From IMG/VR virus record IMGVR_UViG_3300034170_000057: a stretch of 64,000 nt of DNA. The stretch is one strand, 5' to 3'. A program made the position numbers and the translations under genes. Source of the stretch: a virus (Duplodnaviria > Caudoviricetes). Of the stretch, positions 38,161-47,571 are shown in pieces; position 1 is the stretch's first letter, and each line of letters starts with the position of its first letter. Below the pieces are notes generated by a model. That model did not search any database. It was not told where the DNA came from and saw only the letters and a list, made by a program, of their open reading frames with translations.

Positions 38161-41100
38161 ATGGCTGCTCTAGACAAGCTAAACGAAATTGTTGATAAAC
38201 ACGCGACGGAAAAAACCGAACGCGAAGCGGCGCCAAAGCGTAAGAACGAAACCAAACCACGCCTAATGCAGCACGCACACGTGGCGCAGGATGACGACGT
38301 GCGGCTGTCGGGACAGAAGCGCCATTCGTATGCGCGTACCGGTCGTGCTGATCAGAAAAATCAGGGCCAGAAAAACACTGCGGTTCGCACACAAACGCAG
38401 GCAGGTAAAGGCGACCGTTCCAATGCTGACGCTATCGACGGGCAGACGCAGGTTATCCGCACGCAGGTAATGGCGTCGAATAAACAATCGAATTTGCTGC
38501 AACAGCAATCCGGTTTGATGCAAGATCAATTGGGCGCCATGCGTGACGTATCCGACGTAATCACGCGCCTTGCTGATTTCATGCAAAAGCAAGCGACCAA
38601 GCCAGAACCAAAAGTGCAGGGCGGCCACACTTACGAAGGACAATTTAGTCGCGTAAATGAACAAGAAGTCGCGGCCCAAGAACGTCGCCGCACGATCATG
38701 GATGACATGAAAGAAAGACGCCGCGAAAAACAGCGTGATCGTGCATCACGGCAGGAACGGGATCGCTTAGGACGTTTCAAACGCAGCGCGCCGAAAGGCC
38801 CCAAACTGCAACGTGTTGGCGGTGCTTTGCGTGGCGGTGCTGGCGCTCTAGGTGAAATGGGCGGCCTCGGCGGTCGTGCTGCGGGCATGGGTGCTGCTGC
38901 ATTAGGCCCCCTTCTCGCGTTGGCTACTGCGTACTATGGCGGCAAAGCCATGGATGCAATGTATGACAATGCAACGTTTGAAAAAAGTGAAGCCGGTTCC
39001 CTGCGCAAAGGTTATCAAAGCGCTGGCGATTGGATGCAGGACAAAATGCGTCCTGAGCAAGGGAATTCTTACGTCGATCAAAACACGCGTAATCAAGGCC
39101 GCGACGTAGAAGGCAAAATGATTGGCGAAAAGTCTCGCCATCAAGAATTTGGTGCGATTAGCGCAAACTTCGAATCCGGTGGCCGTGGCGTTGCGACCGT
39201 TTCCACAGGCAAGGGTGATAACGGCGGTGTTTCTTACGGGAAACATCAGCTTAGTTCCAAAGAAGGAACGATGACCGCTTACCTGCGTTCGGAAGACGGC
39301 CAGAAGTATTACAACGATTTCCGAGGACTGGCACCGGGCTCGAAAGAATTCGACTCGAAGTACAAAGAAGTCGCTGGTCGTGACGGTGATGAGTTCGATA
39401 AATCGCAACAGAAATTCGTAACCAAATCACACTACGATCCGCTGGCTGAATGGTTCACCAAACAATACGGCATTGATCTGGATAAGCGCTCGCGTGCTTT
39501 GAAAGAAGCGCTTTATTCTGTGTCGGTTCAGTACGGTGTTTCCACTGGTAAATCTGTTTTAGGTGATGCGTTCGGCAACCGCGATTTGGAAGGTATGGAC
39601 GATGCAACACTGATCGACTATATCCAAGAAACACGGGCCAACACTGTATCGACTCGTTTCCGTTCCAGTGACAAAGCAACACAGGAATCCGTTTACAAAC
39701 GTGCGGGTACTGAAAAAGCTGCGCTGTTGGGAATGCTCAACGAAGAAAAAGCGGGTCCGGGTTCTGCTGCAAAAGATGGTTCCGGAATCGGTGCTGCTTA
39801 TTCGCAGAAAATGATCGGTGCATACGGCGGCCAACCTGCGGGCGGTGGCGGTAGTAACACGGGCACAGGCGCTGCGTCGAACGGCACAATCGGAATCATG
39901 GCCCCTACTTCGGGCGGTGCTGCAACAACTGGTGCGGGTGACGAAGCGGGCGGCGGTACTGCTGCGGCTACGCTTAGTCCGGGTGACGGTGCGCTTTATG
40001 CACTCGGCCAAAAGAACACAATTCCAAACGATAATTCCGTGAACATGTCCGGTTTGAATGACAAATTCAAGCAAGCATTTTTCACCATGGTTGGCGATTG
40101 GGTTCAGAATAATTCCGGCACACAAGTAAAAGTTGCGTCGGCTTTCCGTACCCGTGCGGAACAGGAACAATTGTGGATTAAATACGGTCGCAATACCAAA
40201 CGCGTTGCACGTCCCGGTACGTCGCGGCACGAATCTGGTTTTGCAATCGACATTGACCGCGATTCTGCGTCGAAAATGGAAAGCACTGGCCTGTTCAAGA
40301 AATACGGTTTTCACCGTCCACTTTCTAATGAGCCTTGGCACGTCGAATTAATTGGTGGCTCGAAGGGTGGCGGCACTCCACCGGAAACTAAAGCGTCTGG
40401 CGCTGCCCCGCAATTAATGCAACAGGCGTCCGCTGAAATGGATGCTTCGGCAAAAGCTGTCGCAACAAATAGTGCTGAAGAAAACACGAAAGGTGCGGGC
40501 GCTGCACCGAGCGGTGGTGGTGCAACAACTGGTGCGGGTGACGAAGCGGGCGGCGGTACGGTTGCGAAATCTGGCGTGGCAGGCGGTAAGGATAAAATCG
40601 AGGAAGAGGAAGAAGAGGAAGAGGTAGACGAAAAACCAGAAGGCCCCGAAGGTGAAAATCACGAAATAAAAACGGAAGCAATGCCAGCAACCGTAAACGT
40701 GATGGGCGACACGCCGGTAACTACGCAGGGCGGTGTTCAAAATCCAGACGGAACCTATACAAAATCTGGAGCTAATGGGAATCCCTACGGCACTCCCGGT
40801 TCTCCCGGTACAAAAGCTGGTGGAACGTGGTCACAGCGCAATGGGCAAATGGGCCAAACCATGGGCGGCGGCGGATATTCTGGCTCTCCCGGTACACCCG
40901 GCTACGGTCAACGCGCACGCCCGTATTCCCAAACACAAACCGGTCGCGCAGTAACTGGCGCAGTTACAAAAATCGGTAACGTTATGGGCCTCGGTTCTTT
41001 CGGCACAATGGCTCCCGGCGTAGACGGTGGTTTGCGTGGAATTGATTCGAAAGTAAACGGCGTTTTCAACAAGGTTCCGGGGTTGCGTGAGCTTTCGCGT

Positions 41101-41670
41101 ATTCCGGGTCTTCCACAAATCCCGCGCCTGTCTTCTGGTCTGCCGAGTTTCGGAAATATCGTAACTGGCGCAGCAGATAAAATCGGAAGTTTCTTTGGTG
41201 GTGGCGATCCTGCACCAACCAACGTGCCTTATTCCGAGCGTCCGAAAATCATGAACGGCCAGAAGGTTACATACGATGGCCCTGCCGTAACTTCCACGGA
41301 TCAAATCGGTAAAACTTCGCTGAATGCTCCGGTGGCCGCAATGTCGCCCGCATCTGCAACGTATTACAACAACGATGCGCCGGTAGTTACTAAGTCCGCT
41401 GGCTCTATGCCGATTTCTCCAATGTCTGCACCTTCCCAAGCAACCGCAATGCCTGCACCCGAAGCTGTCGAAAGAAATAGTTTTGACGGCGTACAAAAGG
41501 TTTCTATTGCTTCGTCGGATGTTCCACAAGCCGATGGTGGCGGTGGCGCAGCAGCAGGCGGTGGTGGCGGTAGCGCAGGCGGTGCTAAAAACGATATGCC
41601 ACAAATCGACGACGCACCCGCAATCATGGATGACTTCGGCCTTCTGTTCGTAAATATGGGAATGGTTTAA
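38161..41670 (+). CDS. tape measure/baseplate hub protein with VgrG3-like muramidase and M15 (VanY-like) peptidase domains
   Basis: Coiled N-terminus, Gly/Ala-rich linkers; FESGGRG..VS.G.GD.GGVSYG.HQL lysozyme-like motif; SAFRT..EQ, ARPGTSRHESGFAID, EPWH zinc-peptidase motifs. Confidence 0.75.
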   Translation: MAALDKLNEIVDKHATEKTEREAAPKRKNETKPRLMQHAHVAQDDDVRLSGQKRHSYARTGRADQKNQGQKNTAVRTQTQAGKGDRSNADAIDGQTQVIRTQVMASNKQSNLLQQQSGLMQDQLGAMRDVSDVITRLADFMQKQATKPEPKVQGGHTYEGQFSRVNEQEVAAQERRRTIMDDMKERRREKQRDRASRQERDRLGRFKRSAPKGPKLQRVGGALRGGAGALGEMGGLGGRAAGMGAAALGPLLALATAYYGGKAMDAMYDNATFEKSEAGSLRKGYQSAGDWMQDKMRPEQGNSYVDQNTRNQGRDVEGKMIGEKSRHQEFGAISANFESGGRGVATVSTGKGDNGGVSYGKHQLSSKEGTMTAYLRSEDGQKYYNDFRGLAPGSKEFDSKYKEVAGRDGDEFDKSQQKFVTKSHYDPLAEWFTKQYGIDLDKRSRALKEALYSVSVQYGVSTGKSVLGDAFGNRDLEGMDDATLIDYIQETRANTVSTRFRSSDKATQESVYKRAGTEKAALLGMLNEEKAGPGSAAKDGSGIGAAYSQKMIGAYGGQPAGGGGSNTGTGAASNGTIGIMAPTSGGAATTGAGDEAGGGTAAATLSPGDGALYALGQKNTIPNDNSVNMSGLNDKFKQAFFTMVGDWVQNNSGTQVKVASAFRTRAEQEQLWIKYGRNTKRVARPGTSRHESGFAIDIDRDSASKMESTGLFKKYGFHRPLSNEPWHVELIGGSKGGGTPPETKASGAAPQLMQQASAEMDASAKAVATNSAEENTKGAGAAPSGGGATTGAGDEAGGGTVAKSGVAGGKDKIEEEEEEEEVDEKPEGPEGENHEIKTEAMPATVNVMGDTPVTTQGGVQNPDGTYTKSGANGNPYGTPGSPGTKAGGTWSQRNGQMGQTMGGGGYSGSPGTPGYGQRARPYSQTQTGRAVTGAVTKIGNVMGLGSFGTMAPGVDGGLRGIDSKVNGVFNKVPGLRELSRIPGLPQIPRLSSGLPSFGNIVTGAADKIGSFFGGGDPAPTNVPYSERPKIMNGQKVTYDGPAVTSTDQIGKTSLNAPVAAMSPASATYYNNDAPVVTKSAGSMPISPMSAPSQATAMPAPEAVERNSFDGVQKVSIASSDVPQADGGGGAAAGGGGGSAGGAKNDMPQIDDAPAIMDDFGLLFVNMGMV
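39921..40559 (+). repeat. 39-bp perfect direct repeat (39921-39959 and 40521-40559), 600 bp apart
   Basis: TGCAACAACTGGTGCGGGTGACGAAGCGGGCGGCGGTAC in both copies. Confidence 0.95.
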
Positions 41671-42387
41671 ATGGCAGTTATCGCGAATCCGTACAATCCA
41701 AAAATTCCCAGCTCGACGCGATCCAAACCGGATATTTCCAGTATCTACACGATCCAGCTGGAGGTGCGTCGAGAAGGGGCCAGCTACCTAACCTTGGATA
41801 CGCCAATTCCGGAAAACTTCGGTTTTTCTTTGGCGTCTTCCTATGACCGACCGTTCGCTAAACCCCTGTCTGAAATGGCAGGGGATAAAATTGGCATGGG
41901 CGGCGAAGCAAAAATGGCCGAGGACGTTGCACGTGCGTCCACCGGCATAACCTCGATCATGAAATATCTTTCGGGTGCGGTATGGTCGTCGGGTTCTGCT
42001 ATGACCATTTCGATTCCGTTCGTGATTGTTGCGCACGATAATGCCTACATGGAAGTGACCCACATAATCAAGAAACTTACACAGCTTGCGGCACCGTCCG
42101 AAAGCACAGTCGGTACATTGATTGCGCCGGGTCCACACGTTGGTAATACCGCTTCGTTGCTCGCTGGTGACTTCACAAGCACCATGCAATTAGGCGGCGA
42201 TGAAATCACGTTGCGTATCGGACGTTTTATGAAATTCACACCGTGTATTATCAACTCGGTGCATACGACATTCGATTCGCAGTTTGATCAGTCAGGCAAC
42301 CCGATTGCCGCAACAATTAACGTCGAGTTCGAAGCCTTCTGGACTACCACGAAAGAAGACCTCGATAAATTCTTCACCATAATCTAA
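41671..42387 (+). CDS. baseplate/tube cap protein (gp48-like)
   Basis: After the tape measure; LRIGRFMKFTPCIINSVHTTFDSQFDQSGNPIAATINVEF is typical of contractile-system tube-cap proteins. Confidence 0.55.
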   Translation: MAVIANPYNPKIPSSTRSKPDISSIYTIQLEVRREGASYLTLDTPIPENFGFSLASSYDRPFAKPLSEMAGDKIGMGGEAKMAEDVARASTGITSIMKYLSGAVWSSGSAMTISIPFVIVAHDNAYMEVTHIIKKLTQLAAPSESTVGTLIAPGPHVGNTASLLAGDFTSTMQLGGDEITLRIGRFMKFTPCIINSVHTTFDSQFDQSGNPIAATINVEFEAFWTTTKEDLDKFFTII

Positions 42388-42396
42388 GGACCATTT

Positions 42397-42726
42397 ATGC
42401 CGGTTTATGATCAGCGTGAATTTGTGAGCGTGGATGAATTTGGAATCGACCCGCTGCTCGATCCTTCCTACGAGGCCATCGAGGGCACCACTTCGTTCCG
42501 ATATTATACTGTAAATGCTACAGAGCAATTCAACCCTGCCCTGATCGCATATAACGTGTATCGGCAAGCGAAGTGGTGGAAGGCAATCATGATCTACAAC
42601 GGGTATGTGGACATTTGGGAAATCGTAGAAAATGCGAAGATCAAAATCCCCGATGTAAACGAAATGAGTACACGCCTACAACGGGCGAAAACTGGTGCTA
42701 CTTCAAGCATCACCGTAACCCTGTAA
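42397..42726 (+). CDS. baseplate wedge protein (gp53/LysM-like)
   Basis: PALIAYNVY....WWKAIMIYNG...IW.....KIKIP pattern. Confidence 0.65.
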   Translation: MPVYDQREFVSVDEFGIDPLLDPSYEAIEGTTSFRYYTVNATEQFNPALIAYNVYRQAKWWKAIMIYNGYVDIWEIVENAKIKIPDVNEMSTRLQRAKTGATSSITVTL

Positions 42727-42729
42727 ATA
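42721..42729 (+). promoter_or_regulatory. CTGTAAATA core motif overlapping a stop codon
   Basis: 15 nt before ATG 42745; lacks the AWA prefix. Confidence 0.35.
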
Positions 42730-42744
42730 AAAGAGAAATTGGAT

Positions 42745-44019
42745 ATGGCTCAAGCATCCCTAAACATTGAAGGCATGGCGTTTTGCACGCTGGATATTGC
42801 GGGAAGCCCTATGCCCCCTTCCATGAACCTGATTGAAAATATCTGGATTATGGAAGGGTTCGGCATGGGTCTACCGACTATGAAACTTAGTCTGTATGAC
42901 GAAAAAGAAACCTTGAGCCGTGACCTCAATCTCAAGGAAGGCACAACGATTTCAATTCGTTTGGGAAAAACTGCTGACACTGCGCCGGAAATGAAATTCC
43001 GCGTATTCGGTTGGGGCCGCCCACGAAATAGCAGCGGTAAAGTTATCCACGTTGCTTGCATTCTCGATTCACCGAAATTCGGTGCTGGTGCCATGACGGA
43101 ATCTTTCGACGGGCACAGCGCAAACGTAATGCAACAATTGGCAGAGAAAAGCGGCCTGCGTTTTGAAGGGCCGCCCGGTGCCACCAAGGACACGCAAGTC
43201 TGGCTCAATATTGGGCAGACACGTTTGTCATTCTCTGAAGACTTGGCAATGCGCGGATATATCAGCGACGAAAGTTGCATGGCCCGCGTTGTGCGCATGG
43301 ATGGCACACTGGTTTACAAAGACCTGATTGCAACGTTGAAAGAAGAACCAAAATTCACACTGATTCACAACAAAGACGGTGCTGGCGCCAGCGGTAAAGC
43401 GATTGACGTTCGTTCGGCAAAAGACCGAAGTTATTCCGGTTTGTTTTCGCACTACATTAACTACGGTCACAAATTGTTCGGCCATGATTTTGGTTCGGAT
43501 GAAAACGGCACGTTCTCGATTGAAACCCTCGAAATTAAAGCGCCTAGCGCAGCGGGTGTGCCGGTGAACATGGAAGTGGCAGCGGAGTTAAAAGAACGCG
43601 GCTCCCGTGTGACCTACAGTGGCCTAGATCCCGGCACTGGCCCTGACGAAGGGTTCAATATCCATGAGCATTACGAACGCGCCTATTATCAGAATGTGCG
43701 TTTGCTTTCCATGTTCAGCGAAAGCGTAATTGCCTTGTCGGATACTGCAACAGGAATTCAATCATTCCAGTCGATTGATTACCAACAGGGTTCGGGTTCC
43801 AAAGGCCCTTCCACACCAGCACCAAACGATATTGCCGGTCGCTACATCGTCGGCGGTAAAACGATCATGGTGAAGGGCGGGAAGAAATACGCAGAACTGT
43901 TTTATCTGTATCGACCGTTCATAACCGAGGCCGGTAATCCTGCGGGTACGTCGGCGCCTAAAAAGACCGTGAGTGCCAGTGCATCCGGCGTCAACACAAG
44001 CAGTCGAAATTTCAACTAA
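42745..44019 (+). CDS. baseplate hub protein (gp27/GpD/VgrG N-terminal-like)
   Basis: ~425 aa after gp48/gp53-like genes; IWIMEG.....PT..L.L.D, QTRLSF..DLA pattern. Confidence 0.55.
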   Translation: MAQASLNIEGMAFCTLDIAGSPMPPSMNLIENIWIMEGFGMGLPTMKLSLYDEKETLSRDLNLKEGTTISIRLGKTADTAPEMKFRVFGWGRPRNSSGKVIHVACILDSPKFGAGAMTESFDGHSANVMQQLAEKSGLRFEGPPGATKDTQVWLNIGQTRLSFSEDLAMRGYISDESCMARVVRMDGTLVYKDLIATLKEEPKFTLIHNKDGAGASGKAIDVRSAKDRSYSGLFSHYINYGHKLFGHDFGSDENGTFSIETLEIKAPSAAGVPVNMEVAAELKERGSRVTYSGLDPGTGPDEGFNIHEHYERAYYQNVRLLSMFSESVIALSDTATGIQSFQSIDYQQGSGSKGPSTPAPNDIAGRYIVGGKTIMVKGGKKYAELFYLYRPFITEAGNPAGTSAPKKTVSASASGVNTSSRNFN

Positions 44020-44210
44020 TGAACGAAGTCTACATAGATAACCACGACCAGCCCAGCCATGTCGAAGAAACTGTAAATAAACTGGGAATACAGGTCATAA
44101 AGTTTGAACACGCCGATAGCGTAAGCTGCATTCATTTGCATGGCTCTATTGGAATCGAACCATTGTACGCACTGGATATACTGCACGTGCGCAAAGCTGG
44201 AGAAAAGTAA
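44019..44210 (+). CDS. small hypothetical protein
   Basis: TAATG overlaps on both sides. Confidence 0.45.
   Translation: MNEVYIDNHDQPSHVEETVNKLGIQVIKFEHADSVSCIHLHGSIGIEPLYALDILHVRKAGEK
44068..44079 (+). promoter_or_regulatory. promoter motif AWACTGTAAATA
   Basis: AAACTGTAAATA 130 nt upstream of dcd. Confidence 0.55.
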
Positions 44211-45070
44211 TGAGTATTAAAGCGGATCGCTGGATCAAACGTATGTGTCAGCCGACACGTGAAGCGCTGTTGGTAAACGGCGAATTCTACGCGTGGTTTG
44301 GTTCGCACCGTGCGGACGCCCTGCTTGCGCTGCGTAATTGTGGCTCACGTCTTCTGTCCACCAAATTCATCGAACACGTTCCGATGATTTCGCCTTTTTC
44401 GGACAAGCAAATTTCGCAGGTCGAAATCCCCGGCGAAGTTGAGCGCCGTTCCGCAATGCATTACAAAGGCGAGTTCTACTGCTGGCAAGAAGAACTAAAA
44501 GAAAAAGCAGCAGCTGACGGCTATTTGTTCCCGCTCATGGGACCAGATTGGAGCATGTTCGATCTGGAAGTTGGGCCGCGTATGCGTTCCATCATTCCAT
44601 ACGGCCTGAGTTCCTATGGCTACGACATTCGTTGCGGTAACGAATTCAAGATTTTCACCAACCTAAATACGACGGTTGTTGATCCGAAGAATTTCACTGA
44701 GGACAACTTCGTTACCCGCCACGCAGACGACGGCGATGCAATCATTATTCCGCCGAATTCTTTTGCACTGGCAAACACGCCTGAGCAATTCAACATCGAC
44801 CGCGACACGCTGGTAATCTGCCTCGGCAAATCGACGTATGCGCGCTGCGGTATCATCGTAAACGTCACGCCGTTAGAGCCCGAGTGGACCGGCAGCTTGA
44901 CGCTGGAATTCTCCAACACAACGCCGTTGCCTGCGAAGATTTATGCGGGCGAAGGTTGCGCACAAATTCTGTTCATCGGCTCTGACGAAGAATGCGAAGT
45001 TTCCTATGCGGATCGCAAAGGGAAATACATGCATCAAGCGGCGGTGCCCGTCTCCCCGAAAATGCTTTGA
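44210..45070 (+). CDS. dcd: dCTP deaminase with two N-terminal insertions
   Basis: [93 protein letters not shown]. Confidence 0.95.
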   Translation: MSIKADRWIKRMCQPTREALLVNGEFYAWFGSHRADALLALRNCGSRLLSTKFIEHVPMISPFSDKQISQVEIPGEVERRSAMHYKGEFYCWQEELKEKAAADGYLFPLMGPDWSMFDLEVGPRMRSIIPYGLSSYGYDIRCGNEFKIFTNLNTTVVDPKNFTEDNFVTRHADDGDAIIIPPNSFALANTPEQFNIDRDTLVICLGKSTYARCGIIVNVTPLEPEWTGSLTLEFSNTTPLPAKIYAGEGCAQILFIGSDEECEVSYADRKGKYMHQAAVPVSPKML

Positions 45071-45080
45071 GGATTAGCCT

Positions 45081-45479
45081 GTGGACGATTTCGATTTCGG
45101 CGGCTTGATTGAAGGTGCTGGGGAATTACTCGGCTCCTTAGTTGAAATGGTTACGTTTAATTCGATGCTTCCGGACGGCGACACGGTTTCTACCGCGACC
45201 GCTATGAGCGCCACGCCCCTTACTCCGGAACAAAAGCGCACACTGCAAAAGACACCGTTTTTGCCGGGTTTCGAAGAGGGAACGAAATACCGCGTGAAGG
45301 CCAACGAGTGGTGGGCAGACGTAACGGTTGACGATGTTCTAGTGGTGAATATTTCCACTTCGACGCACGTTATTTTCAATCGGCCTGAAGGTGAAATCCT
45401 TTCGGTTCCTAACGGCATGATCGACGACTTCGAGCGAATCGAAAATGGCCTACAAAAAGATTCGAGTGGCCCCTCATAA
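45081..45479 (+). CDS. hypothetical protein
   Basis: GTG start after GAGG, 132 aa. Confidence 0.55.
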   Translation: MDDFDFGGLIEGAGELLGSLVEMVTFNSMLPDGDTVSTATAMSATPLTPEQKRTLQKTPFLPGFEEGTKYRVKANEWWADVTVDDVLVVNISTSTHVIFNRPEGEILSVPNGMIDDFERIENGLQKDSSGPS

Positions 45480-45801
45480 AACATCGGTAGCTCTACGAAA
45501 TGGTACGTCCCTTATTATGCCTCACTGGGGCCGGAATACGTGCCAGCGCCTGATGTTGGAAAACGAACTGTTCTCCCATATGAAATTCGGTCCAATCGAA
45601 TGCACAGATGAAAATATTTTGGATCTTGCAGAGCGTTTACGTCAGGAATTCGAGACGTTACGAATGACGCAGGTCTGCCGAAACTTCATTGTCAGTAGGA
45701 AACGCCGTAACGGCATTCATGTCACGCATGTATGGCTGACAGACGGTGAATCTACTTTCACAATTCCGTGGCCTGTTCCGAGGAAAGAAAATGGCGCCTA
45801 A
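45445..45801 (+). CDS. hypothetical protein
   Basis: 118 aa, overlapping its neighbours. Confidence 0.5.
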   Translation: MAYKKIRVAPHKTSVALRNGTSLIMPHWGRNTCQRLMLENELFSHMKFGPIECTDENILDLAERLRQEFETLRMTQVCRNFIVSRKRRNGIHVTHVWLTDGESTFTIPWPVPRKENGA

Positions 45802-45964
45802 CGACAATCGTGAAACAAAAGCCACGAAATACAAAATCCGCATTCGTGTTTTGAACAGCGGTGAGTTTCTGGCGTACAACTGGTTCGGGCATTACGCCTC
45901 GTATGGTATTACCATGCAGGACGCACACACCCGGCACTGCAAGCTGATCTGCTCACTGAATTAA
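45791..45964 (+). CDS. small hypothetical protein
   Basis: ATG 45791 after GAGGA; followed by a terminator. Confidence 0.5.
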   Translation: MAPNDNRETKATKYKIRIRVLNSGEFLAYNWFGHYASYGITMQDAHTRHCKLICSLN

Positions 45965-45967
45965 ACG

Positions 45968-46001
45968 AACGGGATTTGCCTTGCGGTAGATCCCGTTTTT
46001 T
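45968..46001 (+). terminator. rho-independent terminator
   Basis: AACGGGATTTGCC-ttgc-GGTAGATCCCGTT followed by TTTT. Confidence 0.8.
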
Positions 46002-46031
46002 GTGGTCAAAAATTATAAAAGGATTTGCCTG

Positions 46032-46289
46032 ATGCGTTCGCTCTATATTTGGGTTGCATGCTTGGCTTGTACCTTGGTGGCTATCGGTTTCTGCCATGCC
46101 GGAATTCTGCTGATGACGTTGTGGCGTCAGGCAGATAATCGCTACGTGGAACTTTTCGGCACTTACACTGTCGCGTCGATCATTCCATTATTCTTTTTGG
46201 CATTCATGATTTCGTGTTGCCTTGTAACTCTCAAATGGGCGGTCTGCCGACTGTTCAAACGTGAACCCAATTTACCGGACTTCTTTTAA
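46032..46289 (+). CDS. small membrane protein (2 predicted TM segments)
   Basis: Two hydrophobic stretches; SD AGGA. Confidence 0.55.
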   Translation: MRSLYIWVACLACTLVAIGFCHAGILLMTLWRQADNRYVELFGTYTVASIIPLFFLAFMISCCLVTLKWAVCRLFKREPNLPDFF

Positions 46290-46543
46290 TGCGTCTCTTT
46301 GCTCTACGTTGCTTGCTGGTGCTTATTCCGCTGACTATGGTGATCATGGCAGCGTTGGTTATTGCGTTAACCCACAAGGCTTTTTCCGGGTTCCTATGGA
46401 TGGAAGAACACGAACTGTATAAGCATTCTTTTCTGTTTTCAATTGCTGCATTTGTCGTCGTTTGGTTTTGTGTGTGGACGCTGCGTGATGGCTATTTGCT
46501 AACACGTCAATTGATAAAGGATATTTCCGCCATTAAAGGGTAA
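46289..46543 (+). CDS. small membrane protein (2 predicted TM segments)
   Basis: Two hydrophobic stretches; TAATG coupling. Confidence 0.55.
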   Translation: MRLFALRCLLVLIPLTMVIMAALVIALTHKAFSGFLWMEEHELYKHSFLFSIAAFVVVWFCVWTLRDGYLLTRQLIKDISAIKG

Positions 46544-46547
46544 TTTA
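46541..46547 (+). promoter_or_regulatory. putative late promoter motif TAATTTA
   Basis: Overlaps the 46543 stop, 59 nt before the 46607 gene. Confidence 0.45.
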
Positions 46548-46606
46548 ATGGTAGGTATTCCGTGCAGCTATTTGCACATGTTTTCCACTAACACAGGTAT
46601 TCTTTA

Positions 46607-47530
46607 ATGAATGTCCAAGGCTATGATGGGGTGATGGGCGAAATCGTCGATGCCCTACAGGACCACGGCGACCCCGACAAGATCCGCCGCATTCAGGTAA
46701 CTGAAGCGGAAATGAATGAAATCGTAAAATCCGGTGCGTTTCGTAAAACCGCTGGCACCTATTACGGTTCCTCGGACGTTTATGTTTTCTCGGATATCGA
46801 AGCAGACTCATCGGGCAACATTTACTCGATGCGGCTTAGCGGTGTTCTGATTTGCCTCGGCCCATGGGAACCCAGCGGCGCATTGGCCGCTGTAGTTTAT
46901 GGCCCACTTACCGAAACACTGAAAGCCGAAACTGTTTTCGTGCGTGAAGTGAACGGCCAGAAATATATGCTGGCTGGCACAGGTAATCCGGCCAACGATT
47001 TCGTGATCGGAAAGAACGCAAATATCGAACTCGGTATTGCTGTGCGCAAATATAACAACGCTGATTATTTCGGTGATGGTGCAGGCACCTTCGATGTTGA
47101 ACTGGATGCAGGCGAGCGCTGGACTTTCGCACTGACCGCTGGTTCTGTTCTGGAAGGCGTTCCAAACTTCACGGAAATGTACGACGTTTCTCTGTACATC
47201 GACGTGGACCCGACCGGCGTCGTTGCCCCTATCAAATGGGATTTGCAGTGGACGCCAAACAGCACCGGTAAGGGCAATAATTTCACTTGGTACAACCAAG
47301 GCATTCGCGTTGTGGATGATTCTGCGACCAACGAATTGCACAACGTCACACAAATGATTCAGCAGTACACTTTCCCGTACATCGACCACGCAATTCCGCT
47401 GGGCGTTGAGCGCACGGAAGACGGTGTGCCACTGGGTATTTTCAGTTTGAAATTGGAAGCGCGCCCACGCCTGCAAACCGGCGATGCGGTTTCGGTTGAA
47501 GTGTTGGCAAACATCACAAAAAAGTTGTAA
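46607..47530 (+). CDS. putative virion surface protein (beta-sandwich C-terminal domain); short form
   Basis: 307 aa; GTGNPANDF....NIELGIAVR motif of surface beta-sandwich proteins; ends ACA AAA AAG TTG TAA. Confidence 0.65.
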   Translation: MNVQGYDGVMGEIVDALQDHGDPDKIRRIQVTEAEMNEIVKSGAFRKTAGTYYGSSDVYVFSDIEADSSGNIYSMRLSGVLICLGPWEPSGALAAVVYGPLTETLKAETVFVREVNGQKYMLAGTGNPANDFVIGKNANIELGIAVRKYNNADYFGDGAGTFDVELDAGERWTFALTAGSVLEGVPNFTEMYDVSLYIDVDPTGVVAPIKWDLQWTPNSTGKGNNFTWYNQGIRVVDDSATNELHNVTQMIQQYTFPYIDHAIPLGVERTEDGVPLGIFSLKLEARPRLQTGDAVSVEVLANITKKL

Positions 47531-47571
47531 AACCTGTTCCGCGACGTTCGCTGGTTGTCGGTGGTACAGGT
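47518..47571 (+). promoter_or_regulatory. -1 programmed ribosomal frameshift signal (A AAA AAG, 7-nt spacer, hairpin)
   Basis: Heptamer 47518-47524 in the correct phase; stem ACCTGT/ACAGGT extended by CCG/TGG and CGACG/TGTCG over 47532-47571. Confidence 0.75.

Noticed and set aside
12426-44019. Tailocin/eCIS/T6SS interpretation of the multiple sheath, tube and VgrG-like genes
   Set aside because: Capsid, scaffold, protease and a full replication module are in the same co-oriented region, so this is a phage
1207-45070. Uracil-DNA or hypermodified-base system (dcd + UDG-like polymerase + glycosyltransferase)
   Set aside because: No hydroxymethylase, Ugi-like or preQ0-pathway genes recognisable in the window; dcd alone is explained by dTTP supply
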